Shown: positions 48,737 through 62,421 of the stretch, one piece after another | Position numbering within the stretch: the stretch's first letter is position 1 | Layout: each line of letters opens with the position of its first letter | Assembly (NCBI GenBank): GCA_012295275.1 | Contig: CM022671.1 | Span: 30,876,001-30,940,000, forward strand | Length of the DNA stretch: 64,000 bases | Reading direction: 5' to 3' | From: Chrysomallon squamiferum | Taxonomy: Eukaryota > Animalia > Mollusca | Program-made: the position numbers and the translations under genes | The notes under the pieces: generated by a model | The model's database searches: none | Told to the model about the DNA's origin: nothing | What the model saw: only the letters and a program-made list of their open reading frames with translations

Positions 48737-49257
48737 CATCATCATCATTATATTATAATTATAATTATTATTATCATTATTATCATTATGATTATGATTA
48801 TCATCATCATCATCATCATCATCATTATTATTATTATTGTTGTTGTTGTTTTTGTTGTTTTTGTTTATTTATTATTACCAAGTTTCTTTTGTCAGTTTCT
48901 TTTCTTTTTTAGATCGATTTTCAAAATTTACTTTTAAACCGAGAAAACGTGAGAGAAGAGGAAGCGGAAACTCAGTCTGCGTGTCTGTCATGCTGGAGGA
49001 ACACATGCGCGGCTTTCAGCGCCATCATCTGCGGATGTTTCATTGCTATAGAGTGCGCATGCGTCTTGGCAGGAATCGTTTTCTTCCACGTTTGGTTCAT
49101 AACTCCATACAACATCATCTGTTACATTCTGGATTTGAAGCGACGATGTCTTCTGAGCGTGTACGACAGGTTCCTACGTCGATACGAGGACAGACTGTCC
49201 AAAATGTCAAGGCTGTTAACGTACATCAAACAAGGGGAGAGAAACGATGAAACATAA
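47749..49257 (+). CDS. Divergent caveolin-like protein (132 aa, or 160 aa with an optional 84-nt exon)
   Basis: Exon 47749-47802 (MENEDYMEDPVILNNQIR, phase 0, GTGAGT donor). Optional exon 48557-48640 (phase 0/0). Exon 48913-49257 (IDFQNLL...CWRNTC...ICGCFIAIECACVLAGIVFFHVWFITP...), which aligns with the neighbouring caveolin (CWKSLC...FCGICIAAEWGCEFAGIAFYHVWVITP). Same intron position and phase as the neighbour. Confidence 0.82.
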
Positions 49258-49748
49258 TTTGCCAGGCAGAACAATAGTAACCTTATCATAGGCTATTTAA
49301 AATAAACAAGAATTTGATTATGATTTCATAGACGGAAGAAGGCTCGTGGAAATTCTGTTGAAATGAGCAATGTTTTCCCTGCAACTACTTGTGAAAAAAA
49401 AAAAAAAAAAAAAGGACATTTTCTGCTTCGCACAACTTCAGACTCGTCATGATATATTTAAATACGGGCACTCAACGGTGTACACGATCTTTGCTACCTG
49501 TTATAAACTTTACCAGTCAAATAAAATTTAATATTTAAAAATATAATTATTTGAATTTATTAAAGATCTCTGAGAATTTTATAAGTTTTTCTCTTACTTT
49601 TTCTTTATACAATTTTATTTATTTATCAGTTTGGAAACTAAACAAATTACATAGAATTATCGATAGAAAATCATGTTTCCAATGTATGGCGTTTTTTGGG
49701 GGGGGGTTTGGGATTTTTTTTTTTTTTTGAGCTGTTAATTTTTTTTTA

Positions 49749-49805
<57 letters not shown>

Positions 49806-49939
49806 TTGGTATTGATGCCATTAATAATTTAAAGTTTTTCTAATATATACGTGCATGTGGTGTGTGTGTATGTAAATGCAACAGTCCCGTACATTATTAT
49901 TATTATCTTTTTTTTCAAATAGTATTAAAGGCTGAATTT

Positions 49940-50043
<104 letters not shown>

Positions 50044-50434
50044 TCATTGTAAGTGTACGTACGTATCTAAATACCGATGACTTAACTTTGGAATAACTAT
50101 GGAGGCAAACAGTAAACTATTTGGTTGCTAAAAGCAGTTTCCAGGTAGTCAATCCTTAATAACAACAACTGCATATAAAAGCTAAACACTGTTACGCAAC
50201 CTTCCAAATCATCACCGTGAAATAATAAAGCTGTTAACTACGACCATTGTTGAACTGATTGTTTGTTAGGTTACTACCTGGGTACTGAAGATTAAATTAG
50301 TTGTAACGTTAATGGTATACAGTAACTAAGGAAATATCGTTTAGTATATTTATGAAACCTCGGTGGTAGTTCTAGAGATCATTTCGTTTCAGTTTTGGTT
50401 CAGTTTGTTTCTGTCTTAGTATAAGTTTCTCAAA

Positions 50435-52027
50435 ATGGCTGACCTTGATTTGGTAAACCGGGATCCCAACAACATCAATGACCACATAAAGGTAATTAAT
50501 TAATATATGCATTTTAATTAAATTTAATGAGATAATATATTCGTGGCAAAAAGAAATCAAACCAAATGCAGAATCAAACAAACAAACATAGAGAGAGATG
50601 CACATATGCATAATTAAATTCATATGATAATAATATTCATGCATTAAAGAAATAATACCAAATTTTGTTTGCGTTATTAGTAAAATTAAAACAATTTCAA
50701 ATATCTTTTAATTTTCTACTTCTTTTTGATATGCATTCGTAGTTGCATACTTAATAATAGTTTCAAAATGTTCTATAATTTTAAAGTTGTCTTCTATATG
50801 TATAGATTTTGGAAAATTCTGCTTCATTAAAATTATGTTATCATGTTGGGGCCTTATTCCCATTTAATCGTTAAATAATGCATTTTAATAAAAATCCTTT
50901 TTGAACATACGCATAATTACAACAAAATTAAGAGAGGAATAAATGCAGTAAATTCCATTATTATTATATTTTGCATTTTATCTCTAAAATTGTTGGCGGT
51001 GGCAAAATGTAAGGTTGGTTCACCTCACGAGTTATAATCAAAAATTAATCTAATTGTATATTATATTATCATTATCATAAAATAATGTAAGCGGTATAAT
51101 AATTTATTTATAGCAAGCGTTTTCAAACTTTAAAAAAAAAAAAATTCTAACTGTACGTCTTCGAGGAAATATCTGGGTTGATGCATACCTCTTTTCTAAT
51201 ATCAAGCAGTACAACTAGTTTCTTAGCATCAGCAAATATGTCAGGGAAATGTGCAGAGTGCTTTAACTGGATAAAATATGCAAAAATTATAATTATTTAA
51301 ACAATAATTAATTAAATAACTCAGTTAAAGAAAGAGAGAAAGAAAAAAATATTACTTCGAATTGAGGATAGGTGTCATTCTTTAAGCAGCCTTTTGTACA
51401 AATTATTGTTTATACTTTTTGAATCCGCCATTACTGAATGTTTCTCGCTTGCAAGCAGTGGTACGTGTTTTTCGATTTGAAAACCTCTTATTTATAGTAA
51501 AGTAAGAGTTACGCCCCTTAGACAATATTAAACTTTAAGTGCTCTCTCTCTCACACATGCTCGCACACACACTCACATAATTGTAACAACAACAACAACA
51601 AAATAAAAAATAATAAAATAATAATAATAAAAACAGTTATGGTGTTCTTCAACAAATACTCATTTTTCTTCTTCATTTTCTATTATCTTTCTCCGTGTAT
51701 CAGGTGGCATTTGAAGATGTGCTCGGTGAACCAGATGGCGCTCACAGCATGGATTGTGTGTGGAAAAATTCCTACAAGTGTTTCAACTGCTGGAAGAGCC
51801 TCTGTTACACCATTTGTACCCTGTTCTGTGGTATCTGCATCGCTGCCGAGTGGGGATGTGAATTCGCTGGAATAGCCTTCTATCACGTGTGGGTGATCAC
51901 GCCATGTTTCAAGGTCCTGGAGCTGAACTGCGGAATCTGCCAAAGGCTTCATGGTCTCTGCATCCACTGCTGTCTAGATCCAATTTTCGAAGCGTGCGGA
52001 CTTTGTTTTGCTGCCTTTAAAAAGTAG
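50435..52027 (+). CDS. Caveolin (Cys-rich invertebrate type), 126 aa, 2 exons
   Basis: Exons 50435-50491 (MADLDLVNRDPNNINDHIK) and 51704-52027 (VAFEDVLGEPDGAHSMDCVWKNSY...HVWVITPC...DPIFEACG). Has the caveolin signature FEDVxxEP and scaffolding HS.D.VW..S. Confidence 0.95.
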
Positions 52028-52106
52028 TCTAAGAGTAAAGCATTTATAGACAAATACTATATTTACACTCACAGTCCACTCTCTTTATAATAATAATAAC
52101 AATAAC

Positions 52107-52174
<68 letters not shown>

Positions 52175-53685
52175 TGATGATGATGATGATGATAACAATA
52201 ATAACACTGATAAATACTACAACTACTTCTACTACTACTGCTACTACTACTATTAATAGTATAAATAAATAAATAATATCGTTATGATTTGCACTGTTAT
52301 GGACATCTGAAGGTATGCTATATATATATATATAAACGTGCATTTAGTTATATTACTTTGTTTTAGGGCATGAATTAATTTATTACCTACTTAGATAACC
52401 CAAATGTCAAACATTAGTATATCTATACGTACATACTAACAGACCAAATACTATACCTAACTTCTTAACTATTTTCGATATACCTGACTCCCTTTCTAAT
52501 TTCATTGCATTCTATCTACTTACATATATAAATTAATATATTGGATATTTAAGTAAATATGTATTTAAATAACGAAGAAAGAACTAGTGTTGGCTAATTC
52601 ACATTACTTTGTGTTTTGAGAGAACAAATATTGATAGTAATGAATCCAGCACCAAAATTAACTCAATATTTTCAGATACAACTGAATCAATAAAATTTTT
52701 TTTGTTTTTCTTTCTCCAATATCTATCGATATTGTCTTTTAAGATTTTAGACCACAATGATTTTCAGTTTGCCATAAAAATCATTTCATGTTACCTCATC
52801 TAACTTTTCGAACATTTCGTTGGTAGAGATGCTCATGTCATAAATTTACCATATGCAATTTGTCAATCAGAATTGTTGAATTTAATTTATGGCGAGAATT
52901 ACCAAGGAAACCTAGCGTTACGTTACGTTTAATAACGTCGTTGCCAAGGAATTTGCCAACGTTTTAAAAAAGCTATGACGTCAATCGTTTCTATCGTGTG
53001 AAGAATACAAACTATTCTATTTTTGTAATTTTTAAGTTTCATCACATATTGCAAAATGAAGTAAATATATTGATGGAAAAATACTGAATTAAAAATGAAG
53101 TGAATATATTTATTGATATCTATGCAATTTGAATAAACTGTTAAGTATTTTCGTTTCCTTTGAAATATTTTGCTGTTTTTAATCTCTTTAATATTTTTAT
53201 TTGTGTATGAAAATAAAATTTGATGTTTATTTATTTATAAGCGGTGTTTTGCGTTATTTTGTACTTATCTGTATATTTTATTGGAATGACAAAATAAAAT
53301 TACACACACACATGCGCGCGCACGCGCGAAATTATTACGTATGTACGTAGACACATTACCCGTTCTAAATGGTACAAACACAAACTTAAATAAATAAATA
53401 AATAAATAAATATATATATATAATTAGAACTTAAACCACTTTATCTTAATTCGTTTTCTGTTATTCTTAAGCTCTTTAAATTTTTAATGATCCACATAAG
53501 AGAATTAGACAAATACTAATTCCATTTGTTTCCATTTCGATGTAATCGATTTTACGCTTGAAATTATCCGGTAACATCATGTTACCAAATAACAGGTTTT
53601 CATGCCATCACTGATTAAATGAGATAAGTTTGTAGACAAAATATTTTTTCACTAAATAGTTATAGCTTGCTGACATTTATAAACC

Positions 53686-53735
<50 letters not shown>

Positions 53736-53980
53736 GTAGTAGTATGTAGTATTACTATTTTTACTATTACTGTTTAATTATTATTATTATTACTATTACT
53801 ATTTTTACTATTACTGTTTTATTATTATTATTATTATTTAAAGCTAAAGCAGATTTCTAAATAGCTGACTACGTTAGGACAGGTAGGAGAGAATGACTAT
53901 TTATAACTAGGTTTTATTAGATTCAAAATATTTACTATACTACTACTACTACTACAACTACAACTACAACTACTACTACA

Positions 53981-54014
<34 letters not shown>

Positions 54015-54206
54015 ATAATAATAATAATAATAATAATAATGATAATAGTAATACAAATAAAAAGACGAAGAAGAAGTAAAAAAGAAAGAAAGAAAGGGAA
54101 AAGATACCTGTTCTTCTACCTTTAATTTTTTGGCTCCAATTCGAAAATTTATCCGAGGAACCTAAAATGGGCACCGGTACGATTGAAAGCACTCTTGGTA
54201 AACGTT

Positions 54207-54597
54207 TACGTAAATTAAATACTTCAAACTACTCTTAGTGCTGTACGTAAATTAAATACTCAAAACTACTCTTATGCTGTACGTAAATCATGTACTCAAA
54301 ACTGCTATTACTGCTGTACGTAAATCATGTACTCAAAACTACTCTTATGCTGTACGTAAATCATGTACTCAAAACTGCTATTACTGCTGTACGTAAATCA
54401 TGTACTCAAAACTACTCTTATGCTGTACGTAAATCATGTACTCAAAACTGCTATTACTGCTGTACGTAAATCATGTAAATCATCAAAACTGCTATTATTG
54501 TACTCAAAACTGCTATTACTGCTGTACGTAAATCATGTACTCAAAACTGCTATTAATACTGTACGTAAATCATGTACTCAAAACTGCTATTACTGTT
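54207..54597 (+). repeat. Minisatellite, ~10 units of 36/37 bp with alternating variants
   Basis: Unit A TACGTAAATCATGTACTCAAAACTACTCTTATGCTG (36 bp). Unit B TACGTAAATCATGTACTCAAAACTGCTATTACTGCTG (37 bp). Confidence 0.92.
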
Positions 54598-54919
54598 GAC
54601 ACTTCGGCTTATCTCTCGAGTCTGCCGAGGGTGTCGCATTATCATGATTACTTCCAGTAACTGTGACGTTTAACACCGACACAGAGAGCGTGTATAATTA
54701 GTCTTATAACTGCAACATCAGTGCGATGACACAGTGAGGACTGCCACTTACAATATCAGTAATATGATAGACAGATTAGGAAAACAGTAATTGATGGGGT
54801 TTTGGGGTTTTGTTTTTACTAATCAAGTGCACGACAAAAGCAATTTTACTTGTATCTTTTAATTTTGTTCTTTTGACGATTGGTGTAAGCTTTAGGGTTA
54901 TTAAATGATAATAATAATG

Positions 54920-54952
<33 letters not shown>

Positions 54953-55057
54953 ACAATAATAATAATAAAAGAATCAACAACAATAATAATAATACTAGTT
55001 GAATTGATGATGAATATGATGATGATGATAATTATAAGTACCTAATGATAGTAGTAA

Positions 55058-55107
<50 letters not shown>

Positions 55108-55119
55108 ATAATAATAGTA

Positions 55120-55155
<36 letters not shown>

Positions 55156-55855
55156 GGTAATGATACATAATGCTATTTGTAATTTGTTAAATCAATCAAT
55201 TACCGTCATAGTTGTGGTAAATAGCCGGTACTCGTATGTCGGCCATTATCACTTAATTAATTAATTAATTTATTTATTTATTTATCTATTTATTTTATTG
55301 TATTGTATTGTATTTTGACATTTTTAAATACATATGTCACTTTGTAATTATTCCTGTATCATGTAAAACTACAGCAGTGCAGATGTAAACACACATGTAT
55401 ATTGAATTTTTCCTAACAAGCAACAAAAATAATAGTCACCGTCACCACCAACGTTGTCGATGTCATAATTACCGTTACTGTTTTAAAACTTAAACATTAT
55501 TACAAATATTAACACCTGAAGTTTGCATGTTCGTTTGTAATTTATATTATGCTTTTATTATACGTGTGTTCAATTTTCGAAAGGTGAACTTTTCAAAAAC
55601 GGATGAAACATCTACACACACACATATATATATATATAGATAGATAGATAGATAGATAGATATATTCACAAAGCACACGTAAAATAAGAAGAAGAAAAAA
55701 AAGAAGAAAAAGAAAAGAAGTACGTAACACACGCTTTTGCTTGCACATATGTTAATAATAGACATTATAAGAAACTGTTAAATTTTTTTCTTCTTCTTCT
55801 TCTTCTTATTATTATTATTATTATTCTCAAATCTTTTACTATTTTATATATGTTA

Positions 55856-55897
<42 letters not shown>

Positions 55898-56139
55898 CCA
55901 CGCACCCACTCACCCAGACACACAATCAGTCATCGATGTACACAAATAAACACAAACTCAAACACAAAGACACACACTTAGTTTCCAACGATCACATACA
56001 CAGTAATAATAATAATAATAATAGACAACAATAATAACGACAACAACAACAACGGCAGCAGCAGCAGCAACAACAACAATAAAAACAACAATAGTAATAA
56101 TAATAATAAAAGCGATAACCAACAGCAATAATAACGATG

Positions 56140-56191
<52 letters not shown>

Positions 56192-56494
56192 AACAATAAC
56201 AATAATAATAATAATAATAATAATAATAACGTGGTAAATATTACCCACAATGACTGGAAACAAGGTAGTGTTCTTGCACCTACATTAGGGAGTTAGTGTC
56301 GAATATTTAGTGTGTATCTTTTAATGTATGCATGTATGTATGTATGTATGTATGTATGTATGTATGTATGTATGTATGTATGTATGTATGTATGTTTGTT
56401 TGTATGTATGTATGCATGCATGTGTATATGTCTATTATGGATGCATGGATGTGCATGTGTGTGTGTGTGTGTCTGTTAATTATGTGTGAATATA

Positions 56495-56531
<37 letters not shown>

Positions 56532-57288
56532 ATGTGTGCATATGTGATTGTGTCTTTCCGTCCCTCTGTGTGTGTGCGTGTTTGTACACACACATTTTAA
56601 ATAAAAACTGAACTTAAACATACACCGTATATTAATATAAAATATTTTAAAATTAATATCGAGCTAACCCACACATTTCATTAAATCTGCATTATTTATT
56701 ATTATCAGCTCAAGTTTAAGTACGAACCGAATTACCCTGCATATTTTGCTGTTCATTTTATTACTAGTTTTATTCTCACACGGACCCCGAACATAACCTT
56801 CCATTTCATTTTAACATTATTATATCTGCGTTATACCGACTTAGAATTCCTAGCGCAGGTTTTGCTTGGTCGATGGCCATTAATGTTAGCTGTAATCAAT
56901 AGGGCATTATGCTGTAGAATTTTCAACCTACAGAAACCAAAGAAGACATTAAAAACAATCAATTACCGTATTCAGTCGTATTGTTACGCTAGCATCTGTC
57001 AAGTTGTAACTAAACCAAAATCGATGGCCACTTTGGTATTTCAGTACTAAATACTCCAGCACGTGCAAAAACAGCGGAGCCGAGTGGTCTAAACACACAT
57101 ACCAACTTATTATTAGTTTATTTGATTACTCGATATTTTTAAACTGAGAGAAATGAAGGTAATTATTCTTTCGTCGTTGTCGAGAAAGAGGCGTCAAGTT
57201 GGGGAAAGAAAAGAAACGAAACGAAATATTTTGATTTGTTTTGGTGCTGTTAAGGTTGTCGTCTGACTAATAATAATGTTAATAAAAG

Positions 57289-57464
57289 TAGTGGTGGTAG
57301 TAGTAGCAGTAGTATTAGTACTAGTAGTAGTAGTAATAACAGTAACAGTGATAATAATAATAGTAATAATAATAATAATAATAGTAAAATTAGTAGTAGT
57401 AATAATAATAATAGTAGTAATAATAATAATAATAAAAATAGTAATAATAATAATAATAATAGTA

Positions 57465-57498
<34 letters not shown>

Positions 57499-57506
57499 TA
57501 GTAATA

Positions 57507-57541
<35 letters not shown>
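57289..57541 (+). repeat. (AAT)n/(AGT)n trinucleotide microsatellite (many similar tracts, e.g. 52088-52200, 55050-55150, 58283-58560)
   Basis: Directly visible; source of the poly-I/L/Y/N pseudo-ORFs. Confidence 0.95.
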
Positions 57542-57545
<4 letters not shown>

Positions 57546-58086
57546 CACCCGAACAAAACATTATCCCAAAATTGACGTATTTGATGAAGGATCAGGAAAG
57601 ATGACGAGATGTAAAATAATAATTATTATTTTAACTTTTCACACAACATGAAATACAATCAAGTGCGTCAGTTTTCATTAAAACCTTTTACATTATTATC
57701 ACATTAATAATTAAGCATACCCAAAAAACCTATTCATAACACTGTTGTTGAATATTTAAATTTAATAATCATGTTCAAAGCTTGCTTGAGTGTTTCTGCT
57801 TCGTCAAGTAAATGCCATAATGTGAAATACCTGATTTCAGCTTTGAATATGCTAATTAGCCTCGTTTTGTTTTCTTTGAACTTAGCCGAAATGTCTTGCA
57901 TATGAAAGAAATAACGGAATCAAAGACTTAACTGAGAAAAGTGAATTAATTTTATTCCAAAATGTGAAGAAAGAAATGTACCGTTATCTTAATACACTGC
58001 AAAACTGATCATTAGTCATATACAATGTAAATTATTTAGTTCATTAATTAGTTAATTGACAGTAATAATAATAATAATAATAATAA

Positions 58087-58117
<31 letters not shown>

Positions 58118-58311
58118 GAAGAAGATTGATGATGATAATGAATATGATGTTTAAGAGAGCTGGAATATAAAATATACAATTATTATAAAATTATATTAAT
58201 AAAACTACAAATGTGCTATACTATTTAATTTAGTTTAACTCTAATCTGAAATCCTAAAACAACATCAAAGACCCTTACCGAAATAATAATAATAATAATA
58301 ATAACAACAAC

Positions 58312-58365
<54 letters not shown>

Positions 58366-58405
58366 CACAATAATAATAATAATAATCAACAACAACAACA
58401 ACAAC

Positions 58406-58459
<54 letters not shown>

Positions 58460-58503
58460 CATAATAATAATAACAACAACAACAACGTTAATAATAATAA
58501 TAA

Positions 58504-58543
<40 letters not shown>

Positions 58544-58977
58544 ATAATAATAATAATAATAATGACAATAACAGACGGATTTTAAAGAATGCAGTCATCT
58601 TTTCTTACAGTAGCACCTTGAATTCTGTGAGGTAAAGAAAAAAAAAAAAAAAAAAAAAAAAAAAGAAACAACAAAAAACGTACGTTAAAGGCTTTTTTAA
58701 AGGACCAGTAATTAAATACTGGGCGTTTAAATCATACTAAGGCTTTGGAGAATTCTTCAGACCTTGTCTTTCGTTAAACCTTTCTGTCTTGGAAAGAGTC
58801 AGCGGCTCTGCCTAGCATCAGTGGTTGAGATTCAGCATGAACAGCTGAGGCACGTTACTAGTATCAATGGTACAGTTTCGTGCCTGGATATTTCAAGTCA
58901 TAGGGAGCGTAGTAATCTTTAGTAGCGTTTACAAAATATAATGACAAATGATGACAGTATTAATAATAATAATAATA

Positions 58978-59035
<58 letters not shown>

Positions 59036-59076
59036 TAAAAATAATAATATTAATATTAATAATGACAAATAATGAT

Positions 59077-59109
<33 letters not shown>

Positions 59110-59415
59110 CATTAAAAATACCTGCCTACATGCTATCCTATCTCTAAACTTACACTAACTTTAGAAATATTATTATTAAAAATGGTATAAACAAGTTTAA
59201 AAATTTGGCATGGATCACTGAGGATTCGTAATAGCTTAACTTTCTTCACTCACTGATTCTGGTGAAATTACTAATATTAAAATATATTTCCAAATGAAAT
59301 TTATAACAATTCCATACAAAATGTCTTCTTTAAAAGGTCAAAATAAACATTCTGCTTAAAACGTTCATTTCAAAAATACATTTCCAATATTCAGCAATTC
59401 CCAAAACTAAACGCT

Positions 59416-59459
<44 letters not shown>

Positions 59460-59586
59460 GTGTCCTTATATTTTTTTTTCTCTCTTCTTATCTCGAAAAT
59501 TTCATTTTCAGAACTATTTTCATTGCCTTGTTCGGTTTCCTTTTAATCGTATTTAGCGACAATTAAAATCTGTAGAATTCAGTGCT

Positions 59587-60903
59587 TTAATCTATTGTCC
59601 AGCTTTCTTCTTCGTCTGTCTGGCTTGGAGAATCACTTCCTGACACAGAATTGAGATCTCCCGTTTCGCTGTAATCTGATTCACTGTCAGAAGAAGTCTG
59701 ATTTCTGCTACAAGCGGAATATTTTTCACATGGTGGGTGTTCTGTTGAACCAACTTCGATGACTTCATTCAGAACGTAATCGTTTTGTTTTGCGAATCCT
59801 TCCGAAGATGTCCCATTTTCGACTGGGAAACTGTCGTCTGCTGCAGTGTTGGGGGATTTTCTGGTTTCTGGCTGTCGTCTGGTTCTGCTGTCACTCTCGC
59901 TTCTTGTACTCATTCCACTTGTGCTGCTTCTACTGCTGGATCTGCTCCTTTTAGTTTCACTTCCAACTGGGCTTCGACTTTCACTTCTGATGCTGATACG
60001 GTCAGTGACTGGACTTTTGTTTTCACCTCTCCTCCTGCTTCCACTTCTACTTGAGCTTCGACTTCGAGTTTGACTTCGACTTCGAGTTTGACTTCGACTT
60101 CGAGTTTGGCTTCGACTTCGAGTTTGACTTCGACTGCGGCTTCTAGTTCTGCTTCGACTTCGACTTCGGCTGCGGCTTCGGCTGCGGCTGCGGCTGCGGC
60201 TTCGACTTCGGCTTCTAGTTCTGCTTCGGCTTCTACTCACACAACGAATCTCTGACGATTTGTCTCTGTTCCCAGAAGGGTTTGAGTAGCTTCTCCAGCT
60301 AGGGGTCGACTGCCATCTTTCATTTTGTCGGTTTTGGAACGGAGGCTGATGTGATCTTGCATTATCTTCACGTTCGTTCTGAAGAAACTCTTCTGGCCGC
60401 CATTTCTGACATATCGACGGCCATGGATTTTGGTAAAAATGACTTGGATATGCCGTACTGTAAGTTGTCTGACTTTCGCTCTCCTGATTATCGTATTTTT
60501 GCGAAAGTCTTATCTGACGGTTCGAAAATGACTCTCTCTCGGTAAGTCCTGGATGGCTGCGATTTAAAATATCAACGCCGTAAGATCTAATGTTAGTTTT
60601 CAGTCTGTTACGTATTCCCTGGGGTTTGACTGCTGCCATTTCAACAGTAGCGCAGCGTTTATTGATAATGCATTCACTCATTGATATAACTGCCTTTTTC
60701 GCGGCTTCGGATTCACGAAACTCTACGAAGGCGAAACCAGCCGGTTTTCTTGCAATCCATATTGACTTCAGCGGCCCATAGCGGCTGAATTTTTCTTCAA
60801 GTTCTTCGAACTGAGCGTCTTTTCCTATATTCCCGATGTAGATTTTGCACTGGAACTTTTCAGTATGGTTTGACCGAACTTGATATTCGTCCCGAAATGC
60901 CAT
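59587..60903 (-). CDS. SRSF3/SRSF7(9G8/RBP1)-like RRM + RS-domain protein, 438 aa, uninterrupted CDS
   Basis: RRM CKIYIGNIG...FSRYGPLKSIWIARKPAGFAFVEF...TVEMA closely matches the SRSF3/7 RRM pattern (CKVYVGNLG...[21 protein letters not shown]). Long (RS)n and SRSQTR repeats follow, then an acidic Ser-rich tail. The ORF is open upstream to ~61051, so the start is uncertain. Confidence 0.85.
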   Translation of the reverse strand: MAFRDEYQVRSNHTEKFQCKIYIGNIGKDAQFEELEEKFSRYGPLKSIWIARKPAGFAFVEFRESEAAKKAVISMSECIINKRCATVEMAAVKPQGIRNRLKTNIRSYGVDILNRSHPGLTERESFSNRQIRLSQKYDNQESESQTTYSTAYPSHFYQNPWPSICQKWRPEEFLQNEREDNARSHQPPFQNRQNERWQSTPSWRSYSNPSGNRDKSSEIRCVSRSRSRTRSRSRSRSRSRSRSRSRSRSRSRTRSRSRSQTRSRSQTRSRSQTRSRSQTRSRSSSRSGSRRRGENKSPVTDRISIRSESRSPVGSETKRSRSSSRSSTSGMSTRSESDSRTRRQPETRKSPNTAADDSFPVENGTSSEGFAKQNDYVLNEVIEVGSTEHPPCEKYSACSRNQTSSDSESDYSETGDLNSVSGSDSPSQTDEEESWTID

Positions 60904-61240
60904 AACGTCGACAGAAAAAAAAAAAAAAAAGTAGATGATCAGAAGACGTCTGGTATCTTTGGAAACGACAACAAGACGAAGTATACAAATAACGATAATC
61001 TTAGATTCTTTCATATAATAGTTACGGAGTGTGACAGATGCTGTCACGTGACTAGTTCGACAACAAAAAAATCATTGTTTGGACCATATGGTCCATGTAT
61101 TGTGAGAGATTTGCCTACAAGTATTGATCATCGAGTCTATAATTATTAGTCATTTTGAAAGTCGAAAATCGCGCGAAACAGCTGCAGCTGAGCCTTGCTT
61201 TAATACAAAATAAATTACGTGCAATAAGATATAAACAATT

Positions 61241-61271
<31 letters not shown>

Positions 61272-62421
61272 TAATAAATAAACGGATAAATGAAACGAAA
61301 AAAATGTGTAATTTGTATCATTAATAATAAATAGAATATGTGTACATACACATTCTATTTATTATTTATGATATATATATATATGTATAGACACACACAC
61401 ATACACACACGTGTTTATATGTATATCCCTTTGATTGCATCTATCTCTCTATATGCAATAAATAAAATATTATAAAATAAAAAAAATAATAATAAAAAAC
61501 ATAAATAAATAAATAAATAAGAACAGAGTTCGAGCTGTTTGTATCAAAAGCATAAAACTGTAAAACTGATATTTCTTAATAAATATCTTGGAATTTGAAA
61601 TGGCTGGAAATCTTGCCGATACTATAGGCTGTATATATGTATTTATGCATGTGTGTGTATGTATATATAGGCACATATGTAGATATATATATATATATAT
61701 ATCTGTATGTATGTGTATGTGTGTATATATATATTTATATATATGTATAAATCTGTATGCATGTGTATGTGTGTATATATATATATTTAAAGACAATATT
61801 AAATAATAATGTATCTGTGACAGAAGTGGTTTCGTGTATTTTGGAAATTGTATCTTTAATTATTCAAGAATAAAATCACAGCGCTGAATTTCTCAACAAC
61901 TGCCACTTCTGAGAATGTCGATTTAATGACCTTTGTTTGGTTACTGGACATTTAAAATAAGTTTGAACTTTTGAACCAGACAAGATTACAATGCGCTTTA
62001 TATCTTGAAAGGTCATTATAGAATGTAATTTTAGTTTTCCTCCTTTGAAATAGTTTTTGTTTTATTTATTTATTTACTTATTTATCCGTTTATTTATAAT
62101 TTTTTTTATTTTTATTTTTTTTTTTATTATTATTTTTTTTCATCTTGAAATTGGTTCTATTCGGTAGACACCTCTGCTGTTTCATTTCGTATAACGATTC
62201 AAATTTTAGATTATACAAATTTGTATCTCAGAAATACAGTATTAAAGTATCTGGTGGTATGAAGAAATACTTGTCTATATAATTATATTCTTCATATTTC
62301 CAAGTTTTGTTTTATTTGTTAGTTTGTTTGTTGTTGTTGTTGTTGTTTTTCTTTCTTTTGTTTTGCTGCCCAGTATTAATTAATAATGAAATGTAATAAC
62401 TAAACAGTAGTTTCAAAATAC

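Noticed and set aside
54207-54597. CRISPR array
   Set aside because: Units are contiguous with no unique spacers, there are no cas genes, and the DNA is eukaryotic.
57071-57096. tRNA-like fragment AGCCGAGTGGTCTAA
   Set aside because: Only an A-box-like stretch; no B-box or remaining tRNA structure follows.
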